Of a stretch of DNA of 64,000 bases, positions 23,701 through 34,606 are shown in pieces. Numbering within the stretch: the stretch's first letter is position 1; every line of letters begins with the position of its first letter. Under the pieces are notes generated by a model. The model ran no database searches, had not been told where the DNA came from, and was given only the letters and a program-made list of their open reading frames with translations. The stretch lies in the NCBI RefSeq assembly GCF_030144855.1, contig NC_082722.1, forward strand, positions 1,674,001 through 1,738,000. Direction: 5' to 3'. The position numbers were made by a program, and so were the translations under genes. The DNA comes from Hypanus sabinus. Lineage: Eukaryota.

Positions 23701-26700
23701 GCCAACTGTGCATTCCTGACCACCAACTCAACCCGCAATTTAACCTTAGGGAAATTATTCACGAGTACCTGCAATGCCCCATTGCACTTCTGACACATGA
23801 ACATTCTCACTGTTTAGAAAATAGTATACAGTTTTATTCCTTCTATAAAAATGTATGACCATACACTTTCCTGCACTCTATTTCATCCGCCATTTCTTTA
23901 CTCATTCCCCTAAGCTTTCTAAGTTCAACTGCAGAATCCGTCCATCCGCAACACTATCTGCTCCTGCACCCACCTACGTGTCCTTCATAACATTGACAAA
24001 TCCATCATTGACATATAATGTGAAAAGAGGCAGTCCCTGCACCAATACTTGTGCAGCACGAATACTCACAAGCAGAATACCAGATAAGGCCTCTTTTATT
24101 CTCACTCTTCACGTCATGTCACATAAACAAGCTACCCACCTTCCCTGTGATATGCAGACTCATTACTGGTCTTGCAGATGTAGCCTCCGTGCACCCAGTT
24201 GACCCCCGTTCACCTAGGGTAAACCGCCGTCTCCCCACCAGTGCAATACTTCGGTGCAAGTACGGTGTAATGCCTCCCCCTCCCAGTACACGCTCATAAT
24301 ACAAATACCAGACAATACCCAAAAGCGAGTAAATAATTGCAAATTGATAGTGATTTCTTAGTGATGGGTTAATAGAAACAGATAACCAAAAGGCGCCAAA
24401 GTAATAATCAGTTTCAGCACACATTTTAACACGTTGGAGCTTACGCCTCCGGTTCCGTTCCACAACGACCTTCCGAGCCTTCGGTCACAGTCCGAACCGC
24501 CGACGTCCTGGTGTAACCGTTGCTGTGGAACAGCTGCCTGCGCCACACATGTCCGTCCTCCTCGCTCTCCTCTCGAAAAATACTTCGAACTCCCGCTCAG
24601 CTTACTCAGACAAGATAACATAACAATTCCCCATTGGTTAGTTTTCCCCATATCAATACCCATTACCCAAACATTTGAGACACAGGATCCCATTACAACA
24701 TTACAGAGAAGCCATTTCATTGTAAAATACAGAGAAGCCATTTTGTTAGCCGAACAGTTAACACCACTGAGAACCCTACACAGATTTGCTATCTGAACAT
24801 CCAAGAAAATACCATCCGATCCTCTCCTTTTTCGGTTGTGCCCATCAAAGAATTCCCACAGATACGGCATGCAAGATTTCCTTTTAAGAAAACAAGATTC
24901 TCTTTAGTCTATATAATGTGCCTACCCGAAACCTCATCGGCATATTAATACTCATAACGTCGAAATTTGGAGTTCAATTCCGACATCAGCTGCACGTTTC
25001 TCCGCGTGGAATGCGTCCAAAAACGTGCCGGGCAGTAAAATTAATTGTCCGTTGTAAATTAACCCTTGACCAAGCTAGAGCAAATCCGGGTTTGCTGGGT
25101 GGTACAGCTCGATGGGCCAGAAGGCCTNNNNNNNNNNNNNNNNNNNNNNNNNNNNNNNNNNNNNNNNNNNNNNNNNNNNNNNNNNNNNNNNNNNNNNNNN
25201 NNNNNNNNNNNNNNNNNNNNNNNNNNNNNNNNNNNNNNNNNNNNNNNNNNNNNNNNNCACTATTGATTCTCTTATACTCTTTTACTCTTTACATATCTGA
25301 AACATTATCGGTATCCTCTTTTAATATCATTGGTCCGTTTGCCTTCATATTTGTTCTTTTCTCTTCTTTTGCTTTGTAGTTATCTTCTGTTGGTTTATAA
25401 AAGCACTCCAATCCTCTATCTTCCCACTTTCTTGCTATATTATTTGCACTCTCTTTTGATTTCACTTGCCAAGGCTGATTGAGTGTATATGTGTATATAC
25501 ACTAAATGTGTATATCTTTCACTATCTGAATTGCTCCAAGAAACACCAGCCAATGCCGCTCTGCTGTCATATGTGCTTTTTTTTTAGCGTGTCGCACCAG
25601 TCACCTGGCGCATGGGGTCAAGATTGGTCTCTTTTCGGATTAACCAGATCCCCATATGAACTTTCCTGACTCGACCCTTGTATTCTTTACGAGGCCGAGT
25701 GGCCAGCTCGACACTCAACCCGGCACGGGTTGGAAAGAGTACTCGGGGAAAGCTTATTCGTCTCCCGACTTGGATTCGAACTCGGGAATCCAAGACTGAG
25801 GCCTTCGCTCCGGAGTCCGCCGCTATTGCTATTGCGCCACCAGCCGGCCGGTCATATGTGCTAGCACCACCACTTACCTTATGCTACTGTAAATCCCTTA
25901 ATTCCACTGTAATACTGATACATCTGATTTTAGCTTTTCCCTCTTATTAGCATATTATATTTCCTGCACAGGATTCCTTTACGATTGGGCCCTTAATTAA
26001 ATCTGCTTCAATACAATGCACCCAATGCTGAATTGTCTTTTCCTACAGCTTGTTCTAAAAAGCTGTCTTATATATATTCTACAAATTCCTTTTCTTGGGA
26101 TCCAGCACAAATCTGATTTTCTCAACCTGTATATTTAAATCTGAGATGAGTATCTTAACTTTCTTTTTTCACATGCCTTTTCTTTCTCCCGTTATGACTT
26201 GTATCCTACATCCTTGCTACTGTTCGGATACCTGTATATCTCTCTCATCATGCTATTTATCCTTGTCCTTACTTAACTCTACCCACAAGGTGTCTTCTGA
26301 TCTCTTGTGCTTTTTAAAATGGATTTGCTTGCTGTTTGTTATCAAGACAGCTACCCAGCCCTTACACCTACCTTCCTTTCCTTTCGATACACTATGAACC
26401 ATTGAATGTTAAGCTTCCAACTATGATTTTTCAGCCATAGCACAGTGATGTCCATTACGTCATACCAGCCAATATCCAACTACATAAGATCATGTACAGT
26501 ATTCCAGATACCGCGTGGGTTCAAATATAAGACCTTTAGTCTTGTATTGATCACCCTTTTTAAATTTTGACTGCAAGTTATCAGAAGTTGAACGTATAAC
26601 CCTTTCTAAGTTTTTTGTCTTTTGTTTATTCTGGAGACTTGTAATCACTTATGTACTCTCCATTCCTTTTGATTTATCTTCGTTTTTCCAAACTGTTGAA

Positions 26701-29358
26701 CCAACGCTTCAACCCATCACAATGTCATCAATAAATTTCGATGAGTCAAATCATAAATGGAAGAGCTGAAAGCAGCTACGACTAAGAAATATTTGCCATT
26801 GGTAATGATGCAGCGTTTGATTAAATGAAAACAAGAAATATCCGTCATATAACTGAGAAAATGCTTCAACGAAGGTCAAAAGTGAATATTTAATATGGTT
26901 ATATATAAATACATATAGTCAGAAAGACTGACTGTCGGACATACGAGGCTTATTAGAAAGGGAAACCAAATGCATTCAAAACTGTTGCTAAATCATAAAA
27001 TCTAAAATATGTTTGAAATACCCAACAGAGCAGTCCGTGGTTCTGGACTGTAAACAACAAACAAAAAATCTCGATATCAGAGATCAGAAATTTTGCAGAT
27101 ATTCCCATTTCTATTGCCTAATGAGAAAACGAAATTTAAACGATTCGAAATGTCAGAATTTGATATTAAACCTTGAAAGGAGCAAAGTTCCCAACGGAAT
27201 GCCAATAAATTACTAATTACCAGCTATGCATTTGGACTCTTTGTAACAGCGTAAGAAGCCACAGGTAGATAGTCAGAAATTTGTATGATGGAAAATTCAA
27301 CCAAAGAGAAGCAGCATGTCCGGTCCCATTTTATGAATCAATCAGAATTGTTCTGTACATCGACAGTCCAATATAAATCCGTAATCATTGATGCAAGTTG
27401 GATTATCCAACGGCGAAGGCACACACTTCCAAAGGTCATGAGTACACGAATAGGCAAAATAATTTTTTTTACCTGACTTCACCTGGTTAAAGACAAAAAA
27501 AGCCAGTCCTTTTCCCTTTTTGCAGAATGCGATGTCCGATTAAGAACCAAATAAATGCTCAATATTTTCGATATAGCATGTTTTGATCTAAGTAGCCAGA
27601 GCGTCATAAATTTCTAGACTCGGCTAATTAACAGGAAATTATCCTGAGGTAGTAATCTGTCGACGATTAAAAACTAAACACGGGCGAGCTTCACCATTAG
27701 ATTCTCTTTCGATGACTTTTCCAGTTGAGTTAATCACTGACAAATTTGCGTGAGTGGGATATATCACTATTCAAAATTGATTGAAACTAGAGTTTTTATA
27801 ATAAATTGAGATCTTATTAACGATATTAGTTTCCTTAATATGAATAAATTAATTGTGGTATCGAAGCTGTACAGCGCCAAAAGACGTATCGACAAAATTG
27901 CAAAACATAGTAGTATTGGCTATATCTCTTGATCATGGCACGTAATACAGAAATGTGACTGGCGTGTTCCTCAAAACAGAAGTCGGATTGTCACGCACTT
28001 GATCCCCTGCATTTAGCGATGAAGTCAAAATGCCATTCCACTTTTGAGAGTGATTGAAAGAAATAACTTTTCCTCCCACTCATTTCACACGGTGTATATT
28101 TGCTTAATCTTGTGTGGAATTATGAGAACGAAGAGATCTTCTAAGGTATATCCTACTTTTATTTGCTCTAAAAGATGTAGCCGTTATGAATAAAGATGAA
28201 TATACTTGCTGATCGAAGATTTCACCAAGCTGAACTCACTGAACACCGTGCAGGGATTATGCTGTAATTAAATAAAAATTGAAAAGAGGATATGAGACAA
28301 AACTTTCCATTTAGTAAGGCCACATAGTAATCTAATCATTGTGACGTGTAGCATCGTTGAATTGAATGTGTCAGTTAAATTTTGAGCAAAAAGATGAATA
28401 GTTATTGGAGAAGTTTTCAATTCCTTTTTTATCAGGAACAGGGAAAGCAACGGAACAAGCGCCATCTGCTGAAGGGCAGGTAGGTTCTCGTCATTCCTTC
28501 TATCATATTTGGCCTGCAGAGTGAAGCCAAACATGAAATTGCTCTTTTCCCGAGATACATGCACCTTGTACTATTTAAGTAAATGAAAAATAAATAACCA
28601 CGCTGCAGTAAACGTTTCTTTTCATATCTGGGAGTGGGAAATACATACTAAATATTCGCAGGACGTCGCTTTTTAAACTTCATTTGACAGTGTTTTGTGA
28701 AATTTTCTGCTGTCCATTACATTAAGCCATTCTGTCATTATACATCCAACACATTAAATAGCATCTTGGATATAGACAAACGCATAATGGAGTTGATGTC
28801 ATTTTATTATATTCCCTGTTCAGTATTTACATATTACAGTGCTTGATTTGATGTATTATGTATGTGCAAGAAGTTTTTAAATTTATTAAGCAGTATAGTA
28901 TATTTAGCGTATCCATTTCCTGTCTTTGTAGGTTCCACTGAACGATATGGTGCAATATAGTGCAATAAATTGGTCCAAGTCAACGAAACGAAAAGAGCCC
29001 CACTTTCAAGATGATCCAGTATTGTATATCCAGGTAGGGTGAGCATAAAAATGAAAATAATGGTCAAAGTTGATGTCAAAGTGAATAAATGATATCATCA
29101 AAAAATTAAGAAACCAATACACCACGTGTTTATGCCCCTTATGAATTCATATGCCGATAAGTAAATTTACATTTGCTATATAGTAATTATTTTGCTCAAT
29201 ACTTACAGACGAGGAAATTGAGCCCCAATAATAATCCAACATATGCTGTTTTGGAATTGGCGGATTCACAGAAGCCTGGAAAGTTTGAACGCAAGGATGA
29301 ACGTTCGGAGTATGTGAAGTTGCAAATTCGTCATCAACAGCAAGTGAACAAGAAATGA
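11859..29358 (+). CDS. Spliced gene for an IgSF VJ-C1-TM receptor with ITIM tail (SIRP-like / non-rearranging antigen-receptor-like), 364 aa; join(11859-11904,12900-13217,17111-17437,17915-18022,28436-28479,28932-29033,29209-29358)
   Basis: All six introns are GT-AG with matching phases (1,1,1,1,0,0). Exon lengths 46+318+327+108+44+102+150=1095 nt give one open frame ending in TGA at 29356-29358. Domain order is signal peptide, V, C1, TM, Tyr-motif tail. Extra exons in the 10.4-kb intron 4 (which has an N gap) cannot be excluded. Confidence 0.85.
12900..13217 (+). CDS. Exon 2: Ig V-set domain with germline-encoded J-like strand (VJ type)
   Basis: QIKVSQSP...MFYC...VYWWK...[16 protein letters not shown]...NGTGTKLVV has canonical B-strand Cys, C-strand Trp, D-x-G-x-Y-Y-C and G-x-G-T-x-L-x-V. 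Acceptor tttag|TT (alternative in-frame acceptor at 12906), donor CATG|gtaggt, both phase 1. Confidence 0.95.
13649..13718. repeat. Inverted telomere-like repeat insert, (TTAGGG)-like then (CCCTAA)-like
   Basis: ttagggttaaggttaggattaggttcagg-cttatgttt-aaccgtagccctaacattaaccctaaccctaa interrupts otherwise colinear CR1 sequence. Confidence 0.75.
14252..14436. mobile_element. Palindromic short element, copy B, with intact hammerhead core on - strand and 9-bp TSD
   Basis: About 38-bp inverted arms (acacaaaatgctggtggaacacagcaggccaggc / gcctggcctgctgtgttccaccagcattttgtgt); TSD ACTATGGAG at 14243-14251 and 14437-14445. Confidence 0.85.
14354..14385 (-). ncRNA. Minimal type-I hammerhead ribozyme motif (Penelope-type)
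   Basis: - strand reads C-CUGACGA-A-GGGUCUCGGCCC-GAAAC-GUC-GAC: the CUGANGA core, a GGG/CCC stem II, GAAA, and a minimal palindromic ACGU stem III with GUC cleavage triplet. The 5' strand of stem I is missing in this copy. Confidence 0.65.
15140..15650 (-). mobile_element. CR1 3' fragments
   Basis: [28 protein letters not shown]; atagaacata-type tail at the left end. Confidence 0.8.
16030..16335 (+). mobile_element. Rex1-type 3' fragment fused to half of a palindromic element (copy C, 16235-16335) with a mutated hammerhead core
   Basis: [27 protein letters not shown], then ctgCtgaaggatctcggtccgaTacgtcgactg and a cctggcctgctgagttcctccagc arm. Confidence 0.75.
16340..16745 (+). mobile_element. 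Degraded CR1 ORF2 3' fragment
   Basis: cagacttgggagtactcgtgcatgat...gcagaagtaatgttcgcatttatttcgagagg, typical CR1 RT C-terminal sequence. Confidence 0.65.
17111..17437 (+). CDS. Exon 3: Ig C1-set domain plus short stalk
   Basis: [23 protein letters not shown]...[10 protein letters not shown]...YTCLANH matches C1-set motifs (C-x4-FYP-x-I-x-V/I-x-W, Y-x-C-x-V/A-x-H). Acceptor gttctgcag|TC, donor CCAG|gtaaac, phase 1/1. Confidence 0.95.
17702..17823. repeat. Compound (TG)n/(CG)n microsatellite in the C1-TM intron
   Basis: About 120 nt of nearly uninterrupted alternating purine-pyrimidine sequence. Confidence 0.97.
17915..18022 (+). CDS. Exon 4: transmembrane segment and basic stop-transfer
   Basis: [36 protein letters not shown]; no charged residue inside the TM. 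Acceptor ctttttcctccaag|GT, donor CGAG|gtatga, phase 1/1. Confidence 0.9.
18595..19820 (+). mobile_element. Possible LTR (TGTCAC...GTTACA, 18595-18957) plus degraded Gypsy internal sequence
   Basis: TG...CA boundaries and GC-rich decayed internal sequence; no TSD and no long ORF. Confidence 0.35.
19820..19955. mobile_element. Palindromic short element, copy D (half), with mutated hammerhead on - strand
   Basis: aatgctggaggaactcagcaggccaggcagcatc arm; - strand CAGUC-CUGCUGA-AGGAUCUCGGCAC-CAAAC-GUC. Confidence 0.75.
21240..22915 (-). mobile_element. 5'-truncated CR1 LINE (RT and 3' end)
   Basis: [57 protein letters not shown]...[11 protein letters not shown]; catagaagcatagaa tail. Confidence 0.92.
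23190..24130 (-). mobile_element. Degraded CR1 3' fragments
   Basis: [16 protein letters not shown]...VEY remnants. Confidence 0.65.
24960..25127 (+). mobile_element. V-SINE/HE1-like SINE fragment running into the N gap
   Basis: B-box-like gagttcaattcc, shortened V-domain-like core, ttaattgtccgttgtaaatt and a CR1-like gatgggccagaaggcct end. Confidence 0.55.
25128..25257. other. Assembly gap (130 N) inside intron 4 of the receptor gene
   Basis: Run of N. Confidence 1.
25578..25850 (-). mobile_element. tRNA(Trp-like)-derived SINE with poly(A) tail and 12-bp TSD
   Basis: - strand A box TGGCGCAATAG, GACTCC anticodon-like segment, B box GAGTTCGAATCC, A-tail; TSD GTCATATGTGCT at 25566-25577 and 25851-25862. 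Confidence 0.85.
28436..28479 (+). CDS. Exon 5: first cytoplasmic exon ([15 protein letters not shown])
   Basis: Strong acceptor ttccttttttatcag|, donor GGGCAG|gtaggt. Its 44 nt convert phase 1 to phase 0, exactly as needed to link the TM exon to exon 6. Confidence 0.8.
28932..29033 (+). CDS. Exon 6: cytoplasmic exon with ITIM VQYSAI and second Tyr (VLYIQ)
   Basis: Acceptor ttcctgtctttgtag|, donor CCAG|gtaggg, 102 nt phase 0/0, open: [34 protein letters not shown]. Confidence 0.85.
29209..29358 (+). CDS. Exon 7: terminal coding exon with PTYAVL and ITIM SEYVKL
   Basis: Acceptor tttgctcaatacttacag|ACG, phase 0; [49 protein letters not shown]. Confidence 0.85.
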   Translation, partial: TRKLSPNNNPTYAVLELADSQKPGKFERKDERSEYVKLQIRHQQQVNKK

Positions 29359-29520
29359 ATGCATTACTCTGTGCAAAGATGGACGCAATTTTGCCGCGCT
29401 TCTGCTTCGACTTTCCTGCACCTTCCGGTGATCCTCCTGTTATTATTTTCAACATCTCGACAGAATATCATCAGCTAGAACGGACATTATGCCTTACAAA
29501 GTAATCTATTCCACGGAGTT

Positions 29521-31848
29521 TAGACCGTAGACAATACACAATGGATGCAGAAGTAGACCATTCGGCCCTTCGAGCCTGCACCGCCATTCTGAGATCATGG
29601 CTGATCATCTACCATCAATACCCGGTTCCTGCCTTGGCCCCATATCCCTTGATTCCCATATCCATAAGATACCTATCTAGCTCCTTCTTGAAAGCGCCCA
29701 GAGAATTGGCCTCCACTGCCTTCCGAGGCAGTGCATTCCAGACCCCCACAACTCTCTGGGAGAAGAAGTTTTTCCTTAATTCTGTCCTAAATGACTTACC
29801 CCTTATTCTCAAACCATGCCCTCTGGTACTGGACTGTCCCAGCATCTGGAACATATATTCTGCCTCTATCTTGTCCAGTCCCTTAATAATCTTATATGCT
29901 GCAATCAGATCCCCTCTCAATCTCCTTAATTCCAGCGTGTACAAGCCCAGTCTCTCTAACTCTGCGTAAGACCTTGTGAATTAACCTTGTGAATCTACGC
30001 TGCAATTCCTCTACAGCCAAGATGTCCTTCCTTAACCCTGGAGACCAAAACTGTACACAATACTGCAGATGTGGTCTCACCAGGGCTCTGTATAAATTCA
30101 AGAGGATTTCCTTGTACTCGACTCCCTTTGCAATATAGGCCCACATTCCATTAGCCTTCTTCACTGCCTGCTGCACTTGCTCATTCACCTTCAGTGACTG
30201 ATGAACAAGGACTCCTAGATCTCTTTGTATTTTTCCCTTACATAACACTACACCGTTCAGATAATAATTTGTCTTCCTGTTCTTACTCCCAAAGTGGATA
30301 ACCTCACAATTATTCACATTAAACGTCATCTGCCAAGTATCTGCCCACTCACCCAGCCTATCCAAGTCACCTTGAATTCTCCTAACATCCTCATCACATG
30401 TCACACTGCCACCCAGCTTAGTATCATCAGCTAACTTGCTGATGTTATTCTCAATGCCTTCATTTAAATCGTTGATGTAAATCGTAAACAGCTGTGGTCC
30501 CAATACCGATCCCTGTGGCACCCCACTAGTCACCACCTGCCATTCCGAGAAACAACCATTCACCGTTACCCTTTGCTTTCTATCTGCCAACCAGTTTTCT
30601 ATCCAGATCAATATATTCCCCCCAATGCCATGAGCTCTGATTTTACCTACCAATCTCCTATGTGGGACCTTATCAAATGCCTTCTGAAAATGAAGGTACG
30701 CTAAATCCATTGGATCTCACTTGTCTAACTTCCTGGTTACATCCTCGAAAAACTCCAATAGATTAGTTAAGCATGATTTGCCCTTGGTAAATCCATGCTG
30801 GCTCGGCCCAATCCTATCACTGCTATCTAGATATGTCACTATTTCATCTTTAATAATGGACTCTAGCATTTTCCCCACTACTGATGTTAGGCTGACAGGA
30901 TGATAGTTCTCTGTTTTCTCCCTCCCTCCTTTCTTAAAAAGTGGGATAACATTAACCATTCTCCAATCCTCAGGAACTGATCCTGAATCTAAGTAACATT
31001 GGAAAATGATTACCAATGCATCCGCAATTTCCAGAGCCACCTCCTTTAGTACCCTAAGATGCAGACCATCTGGACCTGGAGATTTGTCAGCCTTCAGTCC
31101 CATCAGTCTACTTATCACCGTTTCCTTCCTAATGTCAATCTGTTTCATCTTCACTGTTACCCTATGTCCTTGGCCCATCCATACATCTGGGAGATTGCTT
31201 GTGTCTACCCTAGTGAAGACAGATCTAAAGTACTTATTAAATTCTTCTGCTATGTCTCTGTTTCCCATAACAAATTCACCCAATTCATTCTTCAAGGTCC
31301 TAATATTGTCCTTAACTATCTTCTTTCCCTACACATACCTAAAAAAGCTTTTGCTATCCTCCTTTATATTCCTGGATAGCTTGCGTTCGTACCTAATTTT
31401 TTCTCCCCGTATTGCCTTTTTAGTTAAGTTATGTTGTTCCTTAAACATTTCCCAATCATCTTTCCTCCCACTCACCTTAGCTCTGTCTTACTTCCTTTTT
31501 TAATGCTATGCAATCTCTGACTTCCTTTGTCAACCACTGTGGCCCCTTTCCCCCCTTTGAATCCTTCCTTCTCCGGGGGATGAACTGATTTTGCACCTTG
31601 TGCATTATTCCCAAGAACACATGCCATTGCTGTTCCACTGTCTTTTCTGTTAGGATATCTGTCCAGTTAACTTTGGCCAGCTCCTCCCTCATGGCTCCAT
31701 AGTCTCCTTTGTTGAACTGCAACACTGACACCGCCGATCTGCCCTTATCCTTCTGAAATAGCAGGCAAAAACTTATCATATTATGGTCTCTACCTCCTAA
31801 TGGCTCCTTTACTTCAAGATCGCTTAACAAATCATGTTCATTACACAT
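29521..31848 (-). mobile_element. 5'-truncated CR1 LINE antisense to, and about 160 nt downstream of, the receptor stop codon
   Basis: ORFs 30717-31295, 29892-30710 and 29615-29944 carry DKSPGPDGLH, QHGFTKGKSCLTNL, FQKAFDKVPH, SGVPQGSVLGP, ADD; tagacaata-type tail. Confidence 0.95.
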
Positions 31849-32329
31849 TTGTAATCAGATGCTGAAAGGCTTTTAAACTGTGAACGTTATCATGTTAAAA
31901 TTTGTTTTTACAGATTCTTACAGATCAGCCATGCACTAATGGCCTTCTATGGCATTTCAGTAACGTATAACAGAGAGACTTATGCTTACTGACCACGTTC
32001 TCCTTGTAGATCGTAACGTCTACATATCTTAAGTTAATTTGTCCGCATCGTACTGCTTTGATAACAAATTCCTCTACTTGGCACTCCCATTTTACTGTAA
32101 TCTAACCCTCTGTATTCTCCGTAAACCCCCGTTATCACCTTTGCTGGTGAGTCTGAAATCAGAACATATCAACTATAAACATATTCAACTTTGAGATTCC
32201 TTTCCACATCTAAGCAGCAGCGGTTCTCGCACTACTGAGTACAGGTTTACACCCGCGAAATCTTATTTCCCCCGGTTTATAGCCCAACTCTGCAAACATC
32301 GCTGTCATTTCTTTGTCCACCTTGAAACT

Positions 32330-32800
32330 TGGCAAACTCTAGAGACTATTTCTTGAGGATTTTCCACAGTCCATTCGATGATAGGCTATCTGCATTCTTA
32401 CATTTAAGGACAAGTAATGCCACTTCCTCAAAGGGTCCTACTACCTGGTTCAAAATACATTCTTGAAACAGTTAACGATTTTTCCTGGCATTCAATCACA
32501 CTCAACATTGGAAAAAAATCTAATCTCCTGCTACATCAACCCAATAAATTAGCACCTTTCCACGATCTGCCTGCAACTCTGTTCTTCTGAATTCTGCTAA
32601 CAGAACTGTAATGTTTGTGGACGTGTCCAAACATGGACTAACATATCTCCATCTGTACCTGTCAGATCTTTTCGGAAAAAGATTTTTACAGGCTGACCTT
32701 TCGTTGTCTGACATTTTCTCGGTCTGTATATTAAAGGCTTGCACAACAGGTGCATGCTTTTTTACAAGGTATTCTGGTGCCATCTTACATCAAAGGATAG
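32330..32800 (-). mobile_element. Very old CR1 endonuclease remnant
   Basis: Alternative - strand frames give EEQSCRQIVERC and FQECILNQVVGP, matching CR1 EEQICREI..C and ..FLNQYV.GP. Confidence 0.55.
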
Positions 32801-34606
32801 CATATGCGGGCAAATAAAATGAGATTATTTCAAAGCTAATGCATTATTTTATCGAGGAGTAGAGAATAATGTGATAAATGTACTCTAAATTCTACAATAT
32901 GAAACCCACCTGGTTTCCGGGCTGGCTGCTGTTTGTGTGAATGCTGTGTAATTTGCTACCATGTTACAACTCAATGACGTGAAATAACAGACAGTACACT
33001 ATATGCGATTTAAGTATTTATATTTATGAATCTTAGCTTAACTAAAGTGTTAGTAAAATAAATAAAAAACACAAAAAGCCCATTATAATTAAACTGTCAA
33101 ATGTGCACAAATTGGGACTCAACTCTTCCCAAAATTCTTATTCACCGATCCTCAGTTGACCTACGCCCTTGGCTCCATTGAATCTCGGTCTCCCACTGGG
33201 TTGAATCCTACGACCGGTTCTCTTCATCTCCAGCGTCTTCTCTCTTCATATCCCGCCAAACAAAGGACCCAGTTCGCATTCCAAAGCACCCATTATTTCT
33301 CATCATAGAAAAGTTTGTTTCTACAGAGAGACCATTGCATTAGCAGTGAAACCTTTCCCGGGGTGTTATACATATAATTAAATCTTATGACTTGTTTACA
33401 GGTTAGTGGATAATGTTTTTTTTTAAGAGAGGAGGTTTACAAATTTATAGTTAAGCTTATAGACGAGGATCCACGCAGTAGTACAATTTTGTAAGCCATT
33501 AAATATTTTGCCATTAAGGTGTTGTTTAGTTTTATTTCTATCTCGACAACATTTGATCCCTTCTGTTATTGGTATAGTGAATGGCAAGATTTTATTTTTT
33601 TCTAGTTTGATTCTCCATCATTTATCCGACTTTCTGCCACATAACTTGTCACTAGAAATCTTGATATCATTCTAGGTTTTGAAAATGGGATTATAGATTA
33701 CTTTAAAATCCTCCTACGACAAATTATGTAATCAGTGATTCTATTCAAGTGTATTTTTCTTCAGACTTCGTCAGTGAAAATGTTATCTCTTGGGCATCTC
33801 AAACTGAATTTGCCTGTTGATGGAGTAGCTTTGAAAAAACGTTACATAAATTGCACATAAAGGAATACAACAGAATAGAAGAGCTTGGAACTGTTTAAGT
33901 AGAATTGGCTTCCGTGAAGCTACGCAATAGTGAGTACAAGATTGCATCAACGGGAATTGCTCATAAAATTGTCAAACTGTAACTGTGTCACAGTGTAGTA
34001 CATATAGGCAATTTAGAGGCGATTCTATCAAGGCTAATGCAATAATTATGAGAAACCTTACTCATAATTAAGTAAAAGCGAACCAAACCAGCAGCAATAA
34101 TACGAATGAAGTATTACTAAACCTTATGAATCTTGAGGTTCAAGTTCAATGTATGTTTAATTATTATTCAACCATACATGAATGTACCCAAACCAAACAG
34201 CATTCCTCCTGGGCCAAAGTGCAAAACACATGGCCAACAATACACTGCACAAAGCACATAGAGTAAATAGCACATATGGTGAAGATTTCAGAAAAAAAGC
34301 ATGCAGTCACAATATATATACTATAGCCCATGATAACATAGCTAATGAGTGATTGAGAGTAACTTGGCCTGGTCCAGCTTCATCTTCATTAGAGGGCATG
34401 GAAAGGCAACACCGAACGAAAACTGTAGGTCGTATAGAGCGACGACCAGAGAGCAGCACCCAGCGAACACTGGATGGCAGCACTAAGCACCCAGCACAAA
34501 AACTGTACGCAATAAGTCCATCTCCATCGCTACTAAACGACTCGTTGATTGGACGGACCTGCAGTACTTAAGGTTATTACTAGCTAGCAATGACGTGATT
34601 GTAATA

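Noticed and set aside
24358-24870. 170-aa - strand ORF in intron 4
   Set aside because: No recognisable motif; probably decayed LTR-like sequence, and its boundaries could not be supported.
27220-27270. Possible small cytoplasmic exon ending at CACAG|gtagat
   Set aside because: Both candidate acceptors give an in-frame TAA in the required phase.
32520-32783. - strand ORF with a vaguely Ig-like DRGK segment (second receptor copy?)
   Set aside because: Lacks Ig Cys/Trp; neighbouring frames match the CR1 endonuclease.
32962-33372. Possible solo LTR (tgttaca...ttataca)
   Set aside because: No matching TSD and no second copy in the window.
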